DNA from: an uncultured Thermodesulfobacteriota bacterium
GTDB lineage: Bacteria; Desulfobacterota; Desulfarculia; G963662305
Direction: 5' to 3'
DNA: 64,000 bases
NCBI GenBank assembly: GCA_964634465.1
Contig: CAZWLY010000004.1
Coordinates: 160,683-224,682, forward strand
In this document: piece after piece, positions 1 to 7,945 of the stretch
Layout: each line of letters opens with the position of its first letter
Numbering within the stretch: position 1 is the stretch's first letter
Notes under the pieces: model-generated
Told to the model about the DNA's origin: nothing
Seen by the model: only the letters and a program-made list of their open reading frames with translations
Database searches by the model: none
Made by a program: the position numbers and the translations under genes

Positions 1-967
1 TCTTCATCAGGTAGCGGCCCTCCTTGGCCAGACCGCCGTTGCGGGAGACGTTGCACGGATCCTGATAGGTGATCGGCTCGGTGAAGTGCTTCTCCTTGAT
101 CTTGATCTTGCCCTCGCGGATGTATTTGGCGAACAGCTCCACCGAGTGGACCACCTCGAAGGGGTGGGGTTCGCCCAGCCAGCTCGGCGATTCGTACTTC
201 ATCGACCGGTAGGCGTGGCCGCACTCGGTGATGGCCACCTGCTTGACGCCCAGCTCGATGGCCTGCTGCTTGACCAGGTTGGTCACGTGGGCCGCGCCTT
301 TGATCAGGCCGCCGAACATGGCCAGGTTGGTGGTGTCCCAGCCCGGTTTCTCCGGGAAGGTGTAATCCTCGCCGGCCAGGTAGAATATCTTGGCCGCCAA
401 CTGGATGTCCATGGGGTAGAACTTGGGCTCGCGGGCGTTGACCGTATACATGATCTTGGCGCCCTTCTTGCCGATGGGGAACTTCACCCCGGGCAGCTCG
501 TCCTGAAGTTCCTCTTCCATCCAGGCCAGGGTGTCCACCCAGTCCTCGTCCGAGACGGCCATCTGGTTGCCGGTCTCGAAGTAGTTCTGGGTGGCGATTT
601 TGAGCGGCTCAGGCACGAAGCCCTGCTCGGCCAGAAGCGAACGCGAGAAGGCGATCATCGAGGCGATGTCGATGCCGAAGGGGCAGTAGATCGAGCAACG
701 GCGACACATCGAGCACTTGCCGAAGGCGATGTTGTACCACTCGGTCATGAAGTCGTCGTTCACGTCGCCCTTGCGCTTGACCACCTCGAGCAGCGGCCTG
801 ACCTTGAGGGCCGGAACCTGCTCGGGGTTTTTGTCCTCGGCCAGATAGAAGTGGCAGGTGTCGGCGCAAAGCCCGCACCGGGCGCAGATGCGAAGGCCGG
901 TCTTGACGCGGGCGTTGAGCTTTTCGTCCAGCGATTTTTTCAACAGCTTGGTGTCAACCTGTCCCAT
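1..967 (-). CDS. dsrK: DsrK/HdrD-like heterodisulfide reductase catalytic subunit (two 4Fe-4S ferredoxin motifs plus CCG domains); 3' end runs off the window
   Basis: Own translation of the minus strand from the ATG at 967 (AAGGAG Shine-Dalgarno 7 nt upstream): MGQVDTKLLKKSLDEKLNARVKTGLRICARCGLCADTCHFY...CSMCRRCSIYCPFG...ITECGHAYRS...YQDPCNVSRNG. It has two CxxCxxCxxxC(P) motifs and CCG-type cysteine motifs typical of HdrD/DsrK. Not in the ORF track because the ORF is open at the window edge. The ORF 86..1633 on the plus strand is its antisense artifact. Confidence 0.7.
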   Translation of the reverse strand, partial: MGQVDTKLLKKSLDEKLNARVKTGLRICARCGLCADTCHFYLAEDKNPEQVPALKVRPLLEVVKRKGDVNDDFMTEWYNIAFGKCSMCRRCSIYCPFGIDIASMIAFSRSLLAEQGFVPEPLKIATQNYFETGNQMAVSDEDWVDTLAWMEEELQDELPGVKFPIGKKGAKIMYTVNAREPKFYPMDIQLAAKIFYLAGEDYTFPEKPGWDTTNLAMFGGLIKGAAHVTNLVKQQAIELGVKQVAITECGHAYRSMKYESPSWLGEPHPFEVVHSVELFAKYIREGKIKIKEKHFTEPITYQDPCNVSRNGGLAKEGRYLMK

Positions 968-997
968 TGGGCTCTCCTTATCTTTCCTGGAGGTCGG

Positions 998-1666
998 TTA
1001 CGCGGAGTAGCCGCGCCGGCCCCATTCGATGCCGATCATCATCCGCGAGGGGAAGAACAGCAGCCAATGGGACAGCTTGGTCAGCGGGATGAGGATCAAC
1101 ATCAACTCACCACACAGGATGTGGATCAGGCGGATGTTGATCGCCTCCAGGAACTCGCTGTCGGCGAAGTTGACCGACAGCCAACCGGTCAGGAACGGCA
1201 GCACCGTCACCACCAAGACGACGATGTCGGTCCAGGTGGTCAGAATGCGAACGCTGGGGTTCAAAAGGCGCCGCAAGAGGAAGTAGAGCCCGATGAAGAT
1301 GACAGCCAAAGTCATCCAGTAGGCCCACTGTTCGGGCAACGCCCACCAGGACCACTCGAACATGGTTTCCTCTTCCCAGTAGCTGACGTGCTCGATGATG
1401 AAGATGGGAACCACGATGAGACAGAAGTGGAAGACGTAGCCCAATATCGAAAACAGCGGCGTCTTACCCACCGTCTGGTTGAAGGGCGACAGATACCTGA
1501 TCCAGGTCTGGAGGACGTACTTCCAACTGAAGTGCTGGAAAACGACCTTGTCCCTCTTTTTGGCCAGGGTGAAGAAGGAGATCAGCCTGATCAGGCTGCC
1601 GATAATGAAGACTCCCCAGGCGATCCAGAGTAGGGGGCCTTCAACAAAATCGCCGAAAGACTCCAT
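998..1666 (-). CDS. dsrM: DsrM/HdrE/NarI-like membrane-bound heme b subunit
   Basis: 222-aa polytopic membrane protein (about 5-6 TM helices) encoded immediately upstream of, and co-oriented with, the DsrK-like gene (30-bp gap). GAGGAGG Shine-Dalgarno lies before the ATG at 1666. The M-K gene order matches dsrMK(JOP) and hdrED. Confidence 0.6.
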   Translation of the reverse strand: MESFGDFVEGPLLWIAWGVFIIGSLIRLISFFTLAKKRDKVVFQHFSWKYVLQTWIRYLSPFNQTVGKTPLFSILGYVFHFCLIVVPIFIIEHVSYWEEETMFEWSWWALPEQWAYWMTLAVIFIGLYFLLRRLLNPSVRILTTWTDIVVLVVTVLPFLTGWLSVNFADSEFLEAINIRLIHILCGELMLILIPLTKLSHWLLFFPSRMMIGIEWGRRGYSA

Positions 1667-1832
1667 AGGGCCTCCTCAAGCCCGGTCCCTCCAGGCGAAC
1701 CGGAAGGATACGCAGTATTGAAACTGTTGTGATTCTACGGAAATAAAGCGACAACACCATAGTTGTCTATCACATCGGCTTGAGGGGTGTCAATAACGGT
1801 TTATGTTCTTGAAAAACCGAGTTGTCATCAAT

Positions 1833-1850
1833 GGATGCCGGCAGGCATCC
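1833..1850. promoter_or_regulatory. Imperfect inverted repeat GGATGCC-GGCA-GGCATCC in the low-GC dsrM upstream region
   Basis: Seen directly in the sequence; lies in the 254-bp AT-rich gap between the receiver gene stop and the dsrM start on the minus strand. Confidence 0.3.
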
Positions 1851-1883
1851 GCTTCGATTCGGCCGCGGATGGACGACCGGCGG

Positions 1884-1905
1884 GCTGAAACGAATTCGTT
1901 TCAGC
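1884..1905. promoter_or_regulatory. Perfect 22-nt palindrome GCTGAAACGAATTCGTTTCAGC, a candidate operator for a dimeric regulator
   Basis: Perfect dyad symmetry seen directly. No T-run follows on either strand, so it is unlikely to be an intrinsic terminator. It sits about 220 bp upstream of the dsrM start. Confidence 0.3.
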
Positions 1906-1920
1906 GCGGCGAACTCCGCC

Positions 1921-2295
1921 CTAGAGGTTTAGAAACTCGGCCAGGCCGTCCAACGAATCGGCGCCGAGCCTGACGGAGATCGGAAGCGCCCCCGCCGGAA
2001 CCTCGATCAACCGGGTTCGGGCCGGATCGACGAGAAGGCCGATTTCGGCCTCGGGGTTTGCGGCTCGCAGGCGGGCGATGAGCCGGTCGGTCGAAGCCTG
2101 ATCCGGCAAGGGGCTGACCAACACCTTGCCGCACCCCCGCAGCGCCTCACCCCCGGCCATGGCCTCCCGGCTGGTCAGGCGGATGGCGACCCGCCCCCGT
2201 CTCTTCAGCCAGGCTTCGATCAACCCGGCGGTTACCGGGTCGTCCTCCACCACGCCGACGCGGACGGCGTGATTTTTCGCAAATTTGATGGCCAT
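1921..2295 (-). CDS. Stand-alone response regulator receiver (REC) domain protein
   Basis: MAIKFAKNHAVRVGVVEDDPVTAGLIEAWLKRRG...LLVDP has the acidic pocket and overall pattern of a CheY-like receiver. An ATG at 2295 is preferred over the longer track ORF reaching 2466, whose extra N-terminus is Gly/Arg-rich junk. No output domain. Confidence 0.55.
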   Translation of the reverse strand: MAIKFAKNHAVRVGVVEDDPVTAGLIEAWLKRRGRVAIRLTSREAMAGGEALRGCGKVLVSPLPDQASTDRLIARLRAANPEAEIGLLVDPARTRLIEVPAGALPISVRLGADSLDGLAEFLNL

Positions 2296-2701
2296 CGATA
2301 GATTTTGATATGCAAGATTCCGGCCAATCCCGCGAAATTTCGAGCCGAGAAGACGCCTGACGGATTGGGAGCGTCCCTTCACTTTAAGAAAAGCCTCCAG
2401 CCGGGTATCTGCCTGAGATGGCGACAAAAAACGCCCCCCACCTGCCTCTCCCCCGCCGCGGACCACCTCGTCGCTTGCCGCGGGGCTCGCTTCTTTTTGG
2501 GACCGGGTCGATTCGACATGGATCGGGGCGTTGAGCCGGGCCGGAGGCGGGCCAAGATGACAGGCGTCCGTGTCGCTGGCAAGCGGGTCGTTCGCAATTG
2601 CGCGCCGCCGGGGGACGGCTTGAAGCGGGGACGCTGGTCGCTTACGGCGTCCGATTCACGGCTGGAGGTATTCCCTCCTCTCGGCCGGGCCGGTCAGGCG
2701 A

Positions 2702-3544
2702 TCAAGGCCGGCTCTCTTCGTCGAGGAACGAATCGATCAGCTTCCGGGCGATGGACACCCCGCCGGGCAGTCTGGGCAGGTCGTCGCGGCCGAACCAGCC
2801 GGCCGAGACGATCTCCCGGCCGTCGATCTCGATCTCGCCGCCGGCCCAGACGGCGGAGAAGCCGATCATCAGCGAGTCGGGGAAGGGCCAGGGCTGGCTG
2901 CCGAAGTAGCGGACGTCGGTCACCTCCACCCCGACCTCCTCCTTGACCTCACGCACGACGGCCTCTTCCAGGGTCTCGCCCGGCTCGACGAAGCCGGCGA
3001 TGGTGGAGTGCATCCCCTCCGGAAAGTGGGGGGAACGGGCCAGCAGAATCCTGTCGTCGCGCCGGACCAGGACGATGACCGCCGGCGAGAGGCGGGGAAA
3101 CTTGACCAGACCGCAGGCCGGGCACTCCTTGGCCCGCTCGTCGGGCTTGACGGCCATCCTTTCGCCGCACCGGCCGCAAAAGACGTTCAAGCGGTCCCAG
3201 TCCAGAATCTGGACCGCCCGACCGGCCAGACAGAGGGCCTCCTCGTCGCCCCAAAGATACAGCCGCCTCAGATCGACGAAGACCATCCCCTCGGGCGGTT
3301 CGACCTCGCCGGGGTCGCCCAGGGCCTCGGCCACGTAGCACGGCGCGCCGTCCCAGAGGCCGATAAAGTGCTCGCGGGCGAGCTTAAGGCCGAGGCCGGC
3401 CGGGTCGTCCAGCCGGGGCAGCCGATGGCGGTTTTCGTCGTCGCCGCCGCCGATCAACAGCCTGCGGCCCGAGTAGACGAACCACCAGGCCGGTCCGTTC
3501 GCCTTGGCCGGCGGTTTCGAGCCGGGGATGAAGTCGCTGGTCAT
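2702..3544 (-). CDS. nudC: NAD+ diphosphatase NudC (Nudix hydrolase with zinc ribbon)
   Basis: AWWFVYSGRRLLI N-terminal motif, CGRCG...CPACG zinc ribbon, Nudix box GFVEPGETLEEAVVREVKEEVGV, and the SQPWPFP motif typical of NudC. Confidence 0.8.
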   Translation of the reverse strand: MTSDFIPGSKPPAKANGPAWWFVYSGRRLLIGGGDDENRHRLPRLDDPAGLGLKLAREHFIGLWDGAPCYVAEALGDPGEVEPPEGMVFVDLRRLYLWGDEEALCLAGRAVQILDWDRLNVFCGRCGERMAVKPDERAKECPACGLVKFPRLSPAVIVLVRRDDRILLARSPHFPEGMHSTIAGFVEPGETLEEAVVREVKEEVGVEVTDVRYFGSQPWPFPDSLMIGFSAVWAGGEIEIDGREIVSAGWFGRDDLPRLPGGVSIARKLIDSFLDEESRP

Positions 3545-3571
3545 GATCTGTTTCGCCTCTTCGCCCCGCCG

Positions 3572-3925
3572 TCACATCGGCCCGCCGCCGGTTTGCCGCC
3601 TGATGTACTCCAGGTCCCAGCGATAGGCTTCCCGCTCCGGCCTGAGCCAGAGCGCCTCGGCGTAGTCGTTTTCGGCCGAGCCCCAAAAGCCCTTGCGCTC
3701 ATAGGCCTGGCCCCGGGCGTTATAGGCCTTGGCCAGCTCGTCGCGGCCGAGTCGGCCCGAGTCGATGGCCTCGCTCAGCCGGGCCACGGCCCGATCCAAC
3801 TCGCCGGCGGCCAGCGCGGCCAACCCGTCCTGCATCGCCTCTCTGGCCGAGCCGGCCCAGGCCGGGCCGGCCAAGGCGACGACGACGATGAGGATGGCGG
3901 CCGCCGCGATCAGGCGTTTTTTCAT
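3572..3925 (-). CDS. TPR-repeat protein with signal peptide (probable periplasmic or lipoprotein)
   Basis: N-terminal MKKRLIAAAAILIVVVALAGPAWA signal-like segment followed by TPR-like helical repeats (AYNARGQAYERKGFWGSAENDYAEAL). 27 bp upstream of nudC on the same strand. Confidence 0.55.
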   Translation of the reverse strand: MKKRLIAAAAILIVVVALAGPAWAGSAREAMQDGLAALAAGELDRAVARLSEAIDSGRLGRDELAKAYNARGQAYERKGFWGSAENDYAEALWLRPEREAYRWDLEYIRRQTGGGPM

Positions 3926-3992
3926 CGACTCTCCCCCTTGGTCAGACGGGTGTTCCTGTTTGGTCCAGATTGTAGCCTCGGCCGGGCGGCGT

Positions 3993-5381
3993 TCAATCGA
4001 CCCGGGACGACTCGGCCCGGCGGGTGATCTCGGCCAACCGCTCGGCGTTCAGGTCGTAGCGCCACAAGACGGGCAGGCTGATCGCCAGAAGCGCCGCCGG
4101 GGCGATGGAGAAGGCGACGATGATTCCGGTCAGGGCGCTTTCCGGCTGGACGGCCGTCTGTCCGGCCACCGTCTCCACGAATCCGGAGGCGCCCAGGACG
4201 AGCCCCACCAACAGCGCGCCGCCGGCCATGCCGGTCTTCTCGCCGGCGGTCCAGACCCCGGTGAAGATACCCTCGCGCCTGAGCCCCGAGTTGGCGTAGT
4301 CGGCCTGGATGGCGTCGGGCAGCATGGAGAAGGGAAAGAGCTGGATGCCGGCGTAGGCCGAGCCCATGATCGCCGTCTGGATGTAGAGGAGCGTCATCCT
4401 CTCGGCGCTGGCGGTAAGCAGGCTCAAGTCCATGACGGCGAACAGGGCCGAGGTGATCAGGTAGGCGTTGAGCTTGCCCAGCCGCCTGGAGACCCAGACC
4501 CACCAGGGCATGGTCACGATGGCCGGGGCGACGAAACAGAGGAACATCGGCGTGACCATGGTGTCCGGGCCCTTGATGATGTACTTGACGAAGTAGGGCA
4601 GGCTGGCCAGGATCGAGCCGACCGCGATCTGCTGGGGAAAGAAACCGATCATCAGGATCAGAAACGGCTTGTTTCCCCAGGCGATGGCCATCTGCTCCTT
4701 GAACGGCAACGTCGTCTCGACCTTGGTCGTGAACGGCGCCTTGGCCGTGCCCCAGACGGCGATGAGCATGACGATCAGACACACCGCGGCCAGGCTGACC
4801 GACATGACGGCGTAACCATGGCGGCCGCCGCCGGCGGCGGCGATGACGGCCGGGGCCGCCCCGCCGGCGATAAGGATGCCGGCGGTCATGAAGGCCATCC
4901 GAAAGGACATGATCGCGGTCCGCTCGTCGTAATCCTGGGTCATCTCGGCCGGCATGGCCACGTAGGGCACCTGGAAGAGAGTGTAGGCCGTGGCGCAGAG
5001 GATGAAGGCGATCATCACCCACCAGAACTTGGGCATGGGCGAGGCGAAGTCGGGCACGGCGAAGAGCAGGGCCAGGAAGACGGGCAGGGTCAGCGACCCG
5101 GCCAGCAGGTAGGGCCGCCGTCGGCCCCAGCGGGTCTGGGTCTTGTCCGAGAGGGCGCCGACGATGGGATCGGTGACGACGTCCCATATCTTGGGGATGA
5201 AGACGGCCAGGGAGGCCAGGGAGGCGGCGACGCCCAGGGTGTCGGTCATGAAGTACATCAAGAGCAGGCCCGGCAGGGCGGCGAACATGCCGGTGCCCAT
5301 GGAGCCGACGCCGTAGCTGAGGTAGATCGATCGGGGCAGCCTGCCGCCGGGGGTGGTGGTCTCGGTGCCGGCCATGGCCAA
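3993..5381 (-). CDS. MFS transporter, glycoside-pentoside-hexuronide (GPH) cation symporter family
   Basis: 12-TM profile. DKTQTRWGRRRPYLL matches the GPH/MelB family signature after TM2. Confidence 0.75.
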   Translation of the reverse strand: MAMAGTETTTPGGRLPRSIYLSYGVGSMGTGMFAALPGLLLMYFMTDTLGVAASLASLAVFIPKIWDVVTDPIVGALSDKTQTRWGRRRPYLLAGSLTLPVFLALLFAVPDFASPMPKFWWVMIAFILCATAYTLFQVPYVAMPAEMTQDYDERTAIMSFRMAFMTAGILIAGGAAPAVIAAAGGGRHGYAVMSVSLAAVCLIVMLIAVWGTAKAPFTTKVETTLPFKEQMAIAWGNKPFLILMIGFFPQQIAVGSILASLPYFVKYIIKGPDTMVTPMFLCFVAPAIVTMPWWVWVSRRLGKLNAYLITSALFAVMDLSLLTASAERMTLLYIQTAIMGSAYAGIQLFPFSMLPDAIQADYANSGLRREGIFTGVWTAGEKTGMAGGALLVGLVLGASGFVETVAGQTAVQPESALTGIIVAFSIAPAALLAISLPVLWRYDLNAERLAEITRRAESSRVD

Positions 5382-5653
5382 TCCTCCCAGAAAGCCGAAT
5401 CGGTCGTGGTTGGAGGTGAAGTGCGATCGCAGACCCCTGGCCCGGCCGAACCGTGAACACCGGATCGCGGGGGCTTATCTGAAAAACAAAAGTATCACAC
5501 CGGCCTTCGACCGGGCAAGCCCGCTCGGCCGGCGGGACCGGCGCAGGCCGGTTGCCGGGGGACCGGCCGGGACCAAGCTTACGGCATGACGTGTGACAGA
5601 AATGGAACGCATCGGGGAAAGGGACTTCAAGGCAAGGAGACCGGACACTCGCT

Positions 5654-6691
5654 CTAGACGAAGACCTTGTATCCCCCGGCGAAGCGGGATTGGCGAAAGA
5701 AGAAGGTCAGCCGGATGGTGTCGCGGGTCACTCCGTCGCGGCCCTTGGCGATGATCAGGCGGTTGAAGGTCATCCCCACCCGCTCCATCAACGCCCTGGC
5801 CGCGGCCGGGTCGCCGCCTATCTCTTTGAGCGCCTCGGCTTCGGAGAGGGGCTGGAGGAGCATGACCATGTCCGGGGTGTAGATCGTCCGGGACGAGCCG
5901 ACGACGTCTTTTAGAGACGCGGCCCAGTCCTGGCCCGGCTCGGGCCGGCGGACCTCGGAGATGACCAGGACCGCGTCGCCGGTTCGGTCTCGAAGCGTCT
6001 TCATCGCCCCGACTCGCCAGGCGTCGGCCTCGGAGGCCTCCAGGGCGGCCAGGCTCTTGTCGCCATGCCAGGGCAGGGGAAAGGCCTGGAGATAATCGAC
6101 CAGGATGATCGACCGCCGGCACCCGGTTTGGGCCTTGAGGCGGGTCACCTGGTCGAGGATCCTTTCGACCGTCGGCTCGGGGAAGTTGGTCTCGTCCAGG
6201 ATCAGAATCCGCTCGCCCAGCCGCTCCAGCTCCAGCCGGGCCGTCTCCAGGGCCGCCCGCTCCTCGGCGGTGAGGGACGCCCCCTCCGCCTCCTCCCCGC
6301 CCGGGCGGGAGCCCAACACCAGCGTCCGCCAGTCCAGGTGGGCCCGGTTGCACAGCATTCGGGTGACGATCTCCTGGCTGGTCATCTCCAGGGACAAGAA
6401 CAGAAAGCAGGCGTCGGGATTGTGGGCCACCGCGTCCAGACCGAGTTGGACGGCCAGGGCGGTCTTGCCCACGTTGGGCGCGGCGGCCAAGAGCATCAAC
6501 CCCCGCAGCCCCAACGTGGCCCGATCCAGACCGGCGATGGTCTTCTGGGGCAGGCCGATGAACTGCCGGCCGCGCCAGCGTTCCAGGGCCTGGTCGTGGA
6601 GCGCGAGGCCCTCTCTCAGACTCAGCCCGAGCCGGCTCGGCTTGGGGTTGTCACGGTTGTCGGCGATCATCGATCGACTCCCTGGTCTCAC
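5654..6691 (-). CDS. DnaB-helicase C-terminal-domain (RecA-fold) ATPase lacking the DnaB N-terminal domain
   Basis: IGLPQKTIAGLDRATLGLRGLMLLAAAPNVGKTALAVQL (Walker A), SLEMTSQE, IILVDYLQAF (Walker B / H2), ISEVRR, NRLIIAKGRDGVTRDTIRLTFF. All DnaB-family motifs are present in a 345-aa protein. The start is either the GTG at 6691 (4-bp overlap with the upstream PilZ gene) or the ATG at 6670. Confidence 0.7.
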   Translation of the reverse strand: MRPGSRSMIADNRDNPKPSRLGLSLREGLALHDQALERWRGRQFIGLPQKTIAGLDRATLGLRGLMLLAAAPNVGKTALAVQLGLDAVAHNPDACFLFLSLEMTSQEIVTRMLCNRAHLDWRTLVLGSRPGGEEAEGASLTAEERAALETARLELERLGERILILDETNFPEPTVERILDQVTRLKAQTGCRRSIILVDYLQAFPLPWHGDKSLAALEASEADAWRVGAMKTLRDRTGDAVLVISEVRRPEPGQDWAASLKDVVGSSRTIYTPDMVMLLQPLSEAEALKEIGGDPAAARALMERVGMTFNRLIIAKGRDGVTRDTIRLTFFFRQSRFAGGYKVFV

Positions 6692-7104
6692 TCGTCATCG
6701 CCGCTTGGCTCACCCGCCTTCAGCCGGTCGCGCCAGTCGATGGGCTGGGTTGGGCCGATGAATTCGACGCCCAGCCTGAAGCGGCGGTCTTTGTCCGAGG
6801 GCGCGGTGTTGATCCACACCAGGCGCGCCTGCGCCCGCCAGGTTTCCGAGGCTCCGATCTCGACCTCGATCTCCAGGCGATGGACCTCCGGCTCGGCCAG
6901 GCAGCGGTGGAGGTGGAAGTCGCCCCGCTTCAGCTCGGCCACGGCCAGGCCGCAGCCGGCCTCGGTCAAGTCCACCAGTCGGGCCTCGAACGAGGGCGCG
7001 TCGCGCTCGTCTTCGCTCCAGCCCAACACTCTGAACCGCGCCGGCCGGTCGATGACGAGCCGCGAGTGTTTGCGCCGCTCTTTGAGGCTTTGCCACAGGC
7101 CCAT
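6688..7104 (-). CDS. PilZ-domain protein (putative c-di-GMP receptor)
   Basis: RKHSR (RxxxR) followed about 25 aa later by DLTEAGCG (DxSxxG-like), in a 138-aa protein; the classic PilZ motif pair. Its stop overlaps the start of the downstream ATPase gene. Confidence 0.6.
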   Translation of the reverse strand: MGLWQSLKERRKHSRLVIDRPARFRVLGWSEDERDAPSFEARLVDLTEAGCGLAVAELKRGDFHLHRCLAEPEVHRLEIEVEIGASETWRAQARLVWINTAPSDKDRRFRLGVEFIGPTQPIDWRDRLKAGEPSGDDE

Positions 7105-7291
7105 GGCGACGCCCTCCCGGCGACGATTTCTTTCAGAGTGATGATCCGGTTACGCCGCCATTATCAATCATAGATGGAAACGGCCCAAATGCCAAGGAAG
7201 GCCCCTCGGACCCAGCCGCCTGGCCGCCGATTGCGCCTTCAAACCGGTTCTGATATCCTGCCCGTCGAATCATCGACCAAGGGGGGCGGAC

Positions 7292-7861
7292 ATGGAACGG
7301 CGGGTGGCGGCGGCCGGATCGGGCTTCATCTTCGAGGAAGATCAGCTCGTCCGCAACAGCCCCTGGGGCTGGCTGGCCCTGGCCGGGGCGGGACTGATCG
7401 TCGCCGTCTTCGGCTACGCCCTGTACCAGCAGTTGGTCCTGGGGCGGCCCTGGGGGGATCGGCCCATGTCCGACGCGGCCCTGATCGCCCTCGCCCTGCC
7501 CATGTTCGCCCTGGCCGGGTTTCTGGCCGTGCTCGGCTTGGCCGGCCGGCTGACCGTCCGGGTGAGGCCGGCCGAACTCCAGATCCGCTACTTTCCCCTT
7601 GTCAACAAAACCATACCCTGGGCCGACATCGCCGCCTGCACCGCCCGGAGTTATCGTCCCCTGTTGGAGTACGGCGGTTGGGGCGTCCGCTGGGGCGGTC
7701 GAAAGAGGGGCTGGGCCTACAGCGTCTCGGGCAATCGGGGCGTCCAATTGGAGCTTGCGAGCGGCAAGCGGATTCTGATCGGCTCCAAGCGAGCCGAGGA
7801 GCTGGAGGCGGCGTTCATCGAGGCCGGCGGGCCGACTCCGCCGCCCTCGACGACCCGCTGA
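7292..7861 (+). CDS. Membrane protein with two N-terminal TM helices and a bacterial PH-like (YdbT/bPH_2-like) domain
   Basis: Hydrophobic helices WGWLALAGAGLIVAVFGYALY and LIALALPMFALAGFLAVLGLAG, then a beta-rich segment resembling membrane-flanked bacterial PH domains. No catalytic motif. Confidence 0.4.
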   Translation: MERRVAAAGSGFIFEEDQLVRNSPWGWLALAGAGLIVAVFGYALYQQLVLGRPWGDRPMSDAALIALALPMFALAGFLAVLGLAGRLTVRVRPAELQIRYFPLVNKTIPWADIAACTARSYRPLLEYGGWGVRWGGRKRGWAYSVSGNRGVQLELASGKRILIGSKRAEELEAAFIEAGGPTPPPSTTR

Positions 7862-7945
7862 CCCGCCTTCCCCTGCCTTCAAAACGCGGCTTGTTGTAGA
7901 ATTAGGCGGCGGGACCGTCAACCTGATTCGCCGATCGGAGTAGCC

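Noticed and set aside
86-1633. 515-aa plus-strand ORF
   Set aside because: Antisense to the DsrK-like and DsrM-like genes. Its translation is low-complexity and L/D/G/R-rich, typical of reverse-strand ORFs in GC-rich DNA. The minus-strand genes carry clear Fe-S/CCG and membrane motifs.
2305-2946. 213-aa extremely Arg-rich plus-strand ORF
   Set aside because: Low-complexity (RRSRSRRRPRRRR). Overlaps the nudC 3' end on the opposite strand. Typical GC-skew artefact.
3008-5460. ORFs 3008..4027(+), 3729..5456(+), 3922..5460(-)
   Set aside because: Overlap the NudC, TPR and MFS genes in other frames or strands. The MFS frame shows 12 TM helices and the GPH signature; these alternatives are Arg/Gly/Pro-rich artefacts.
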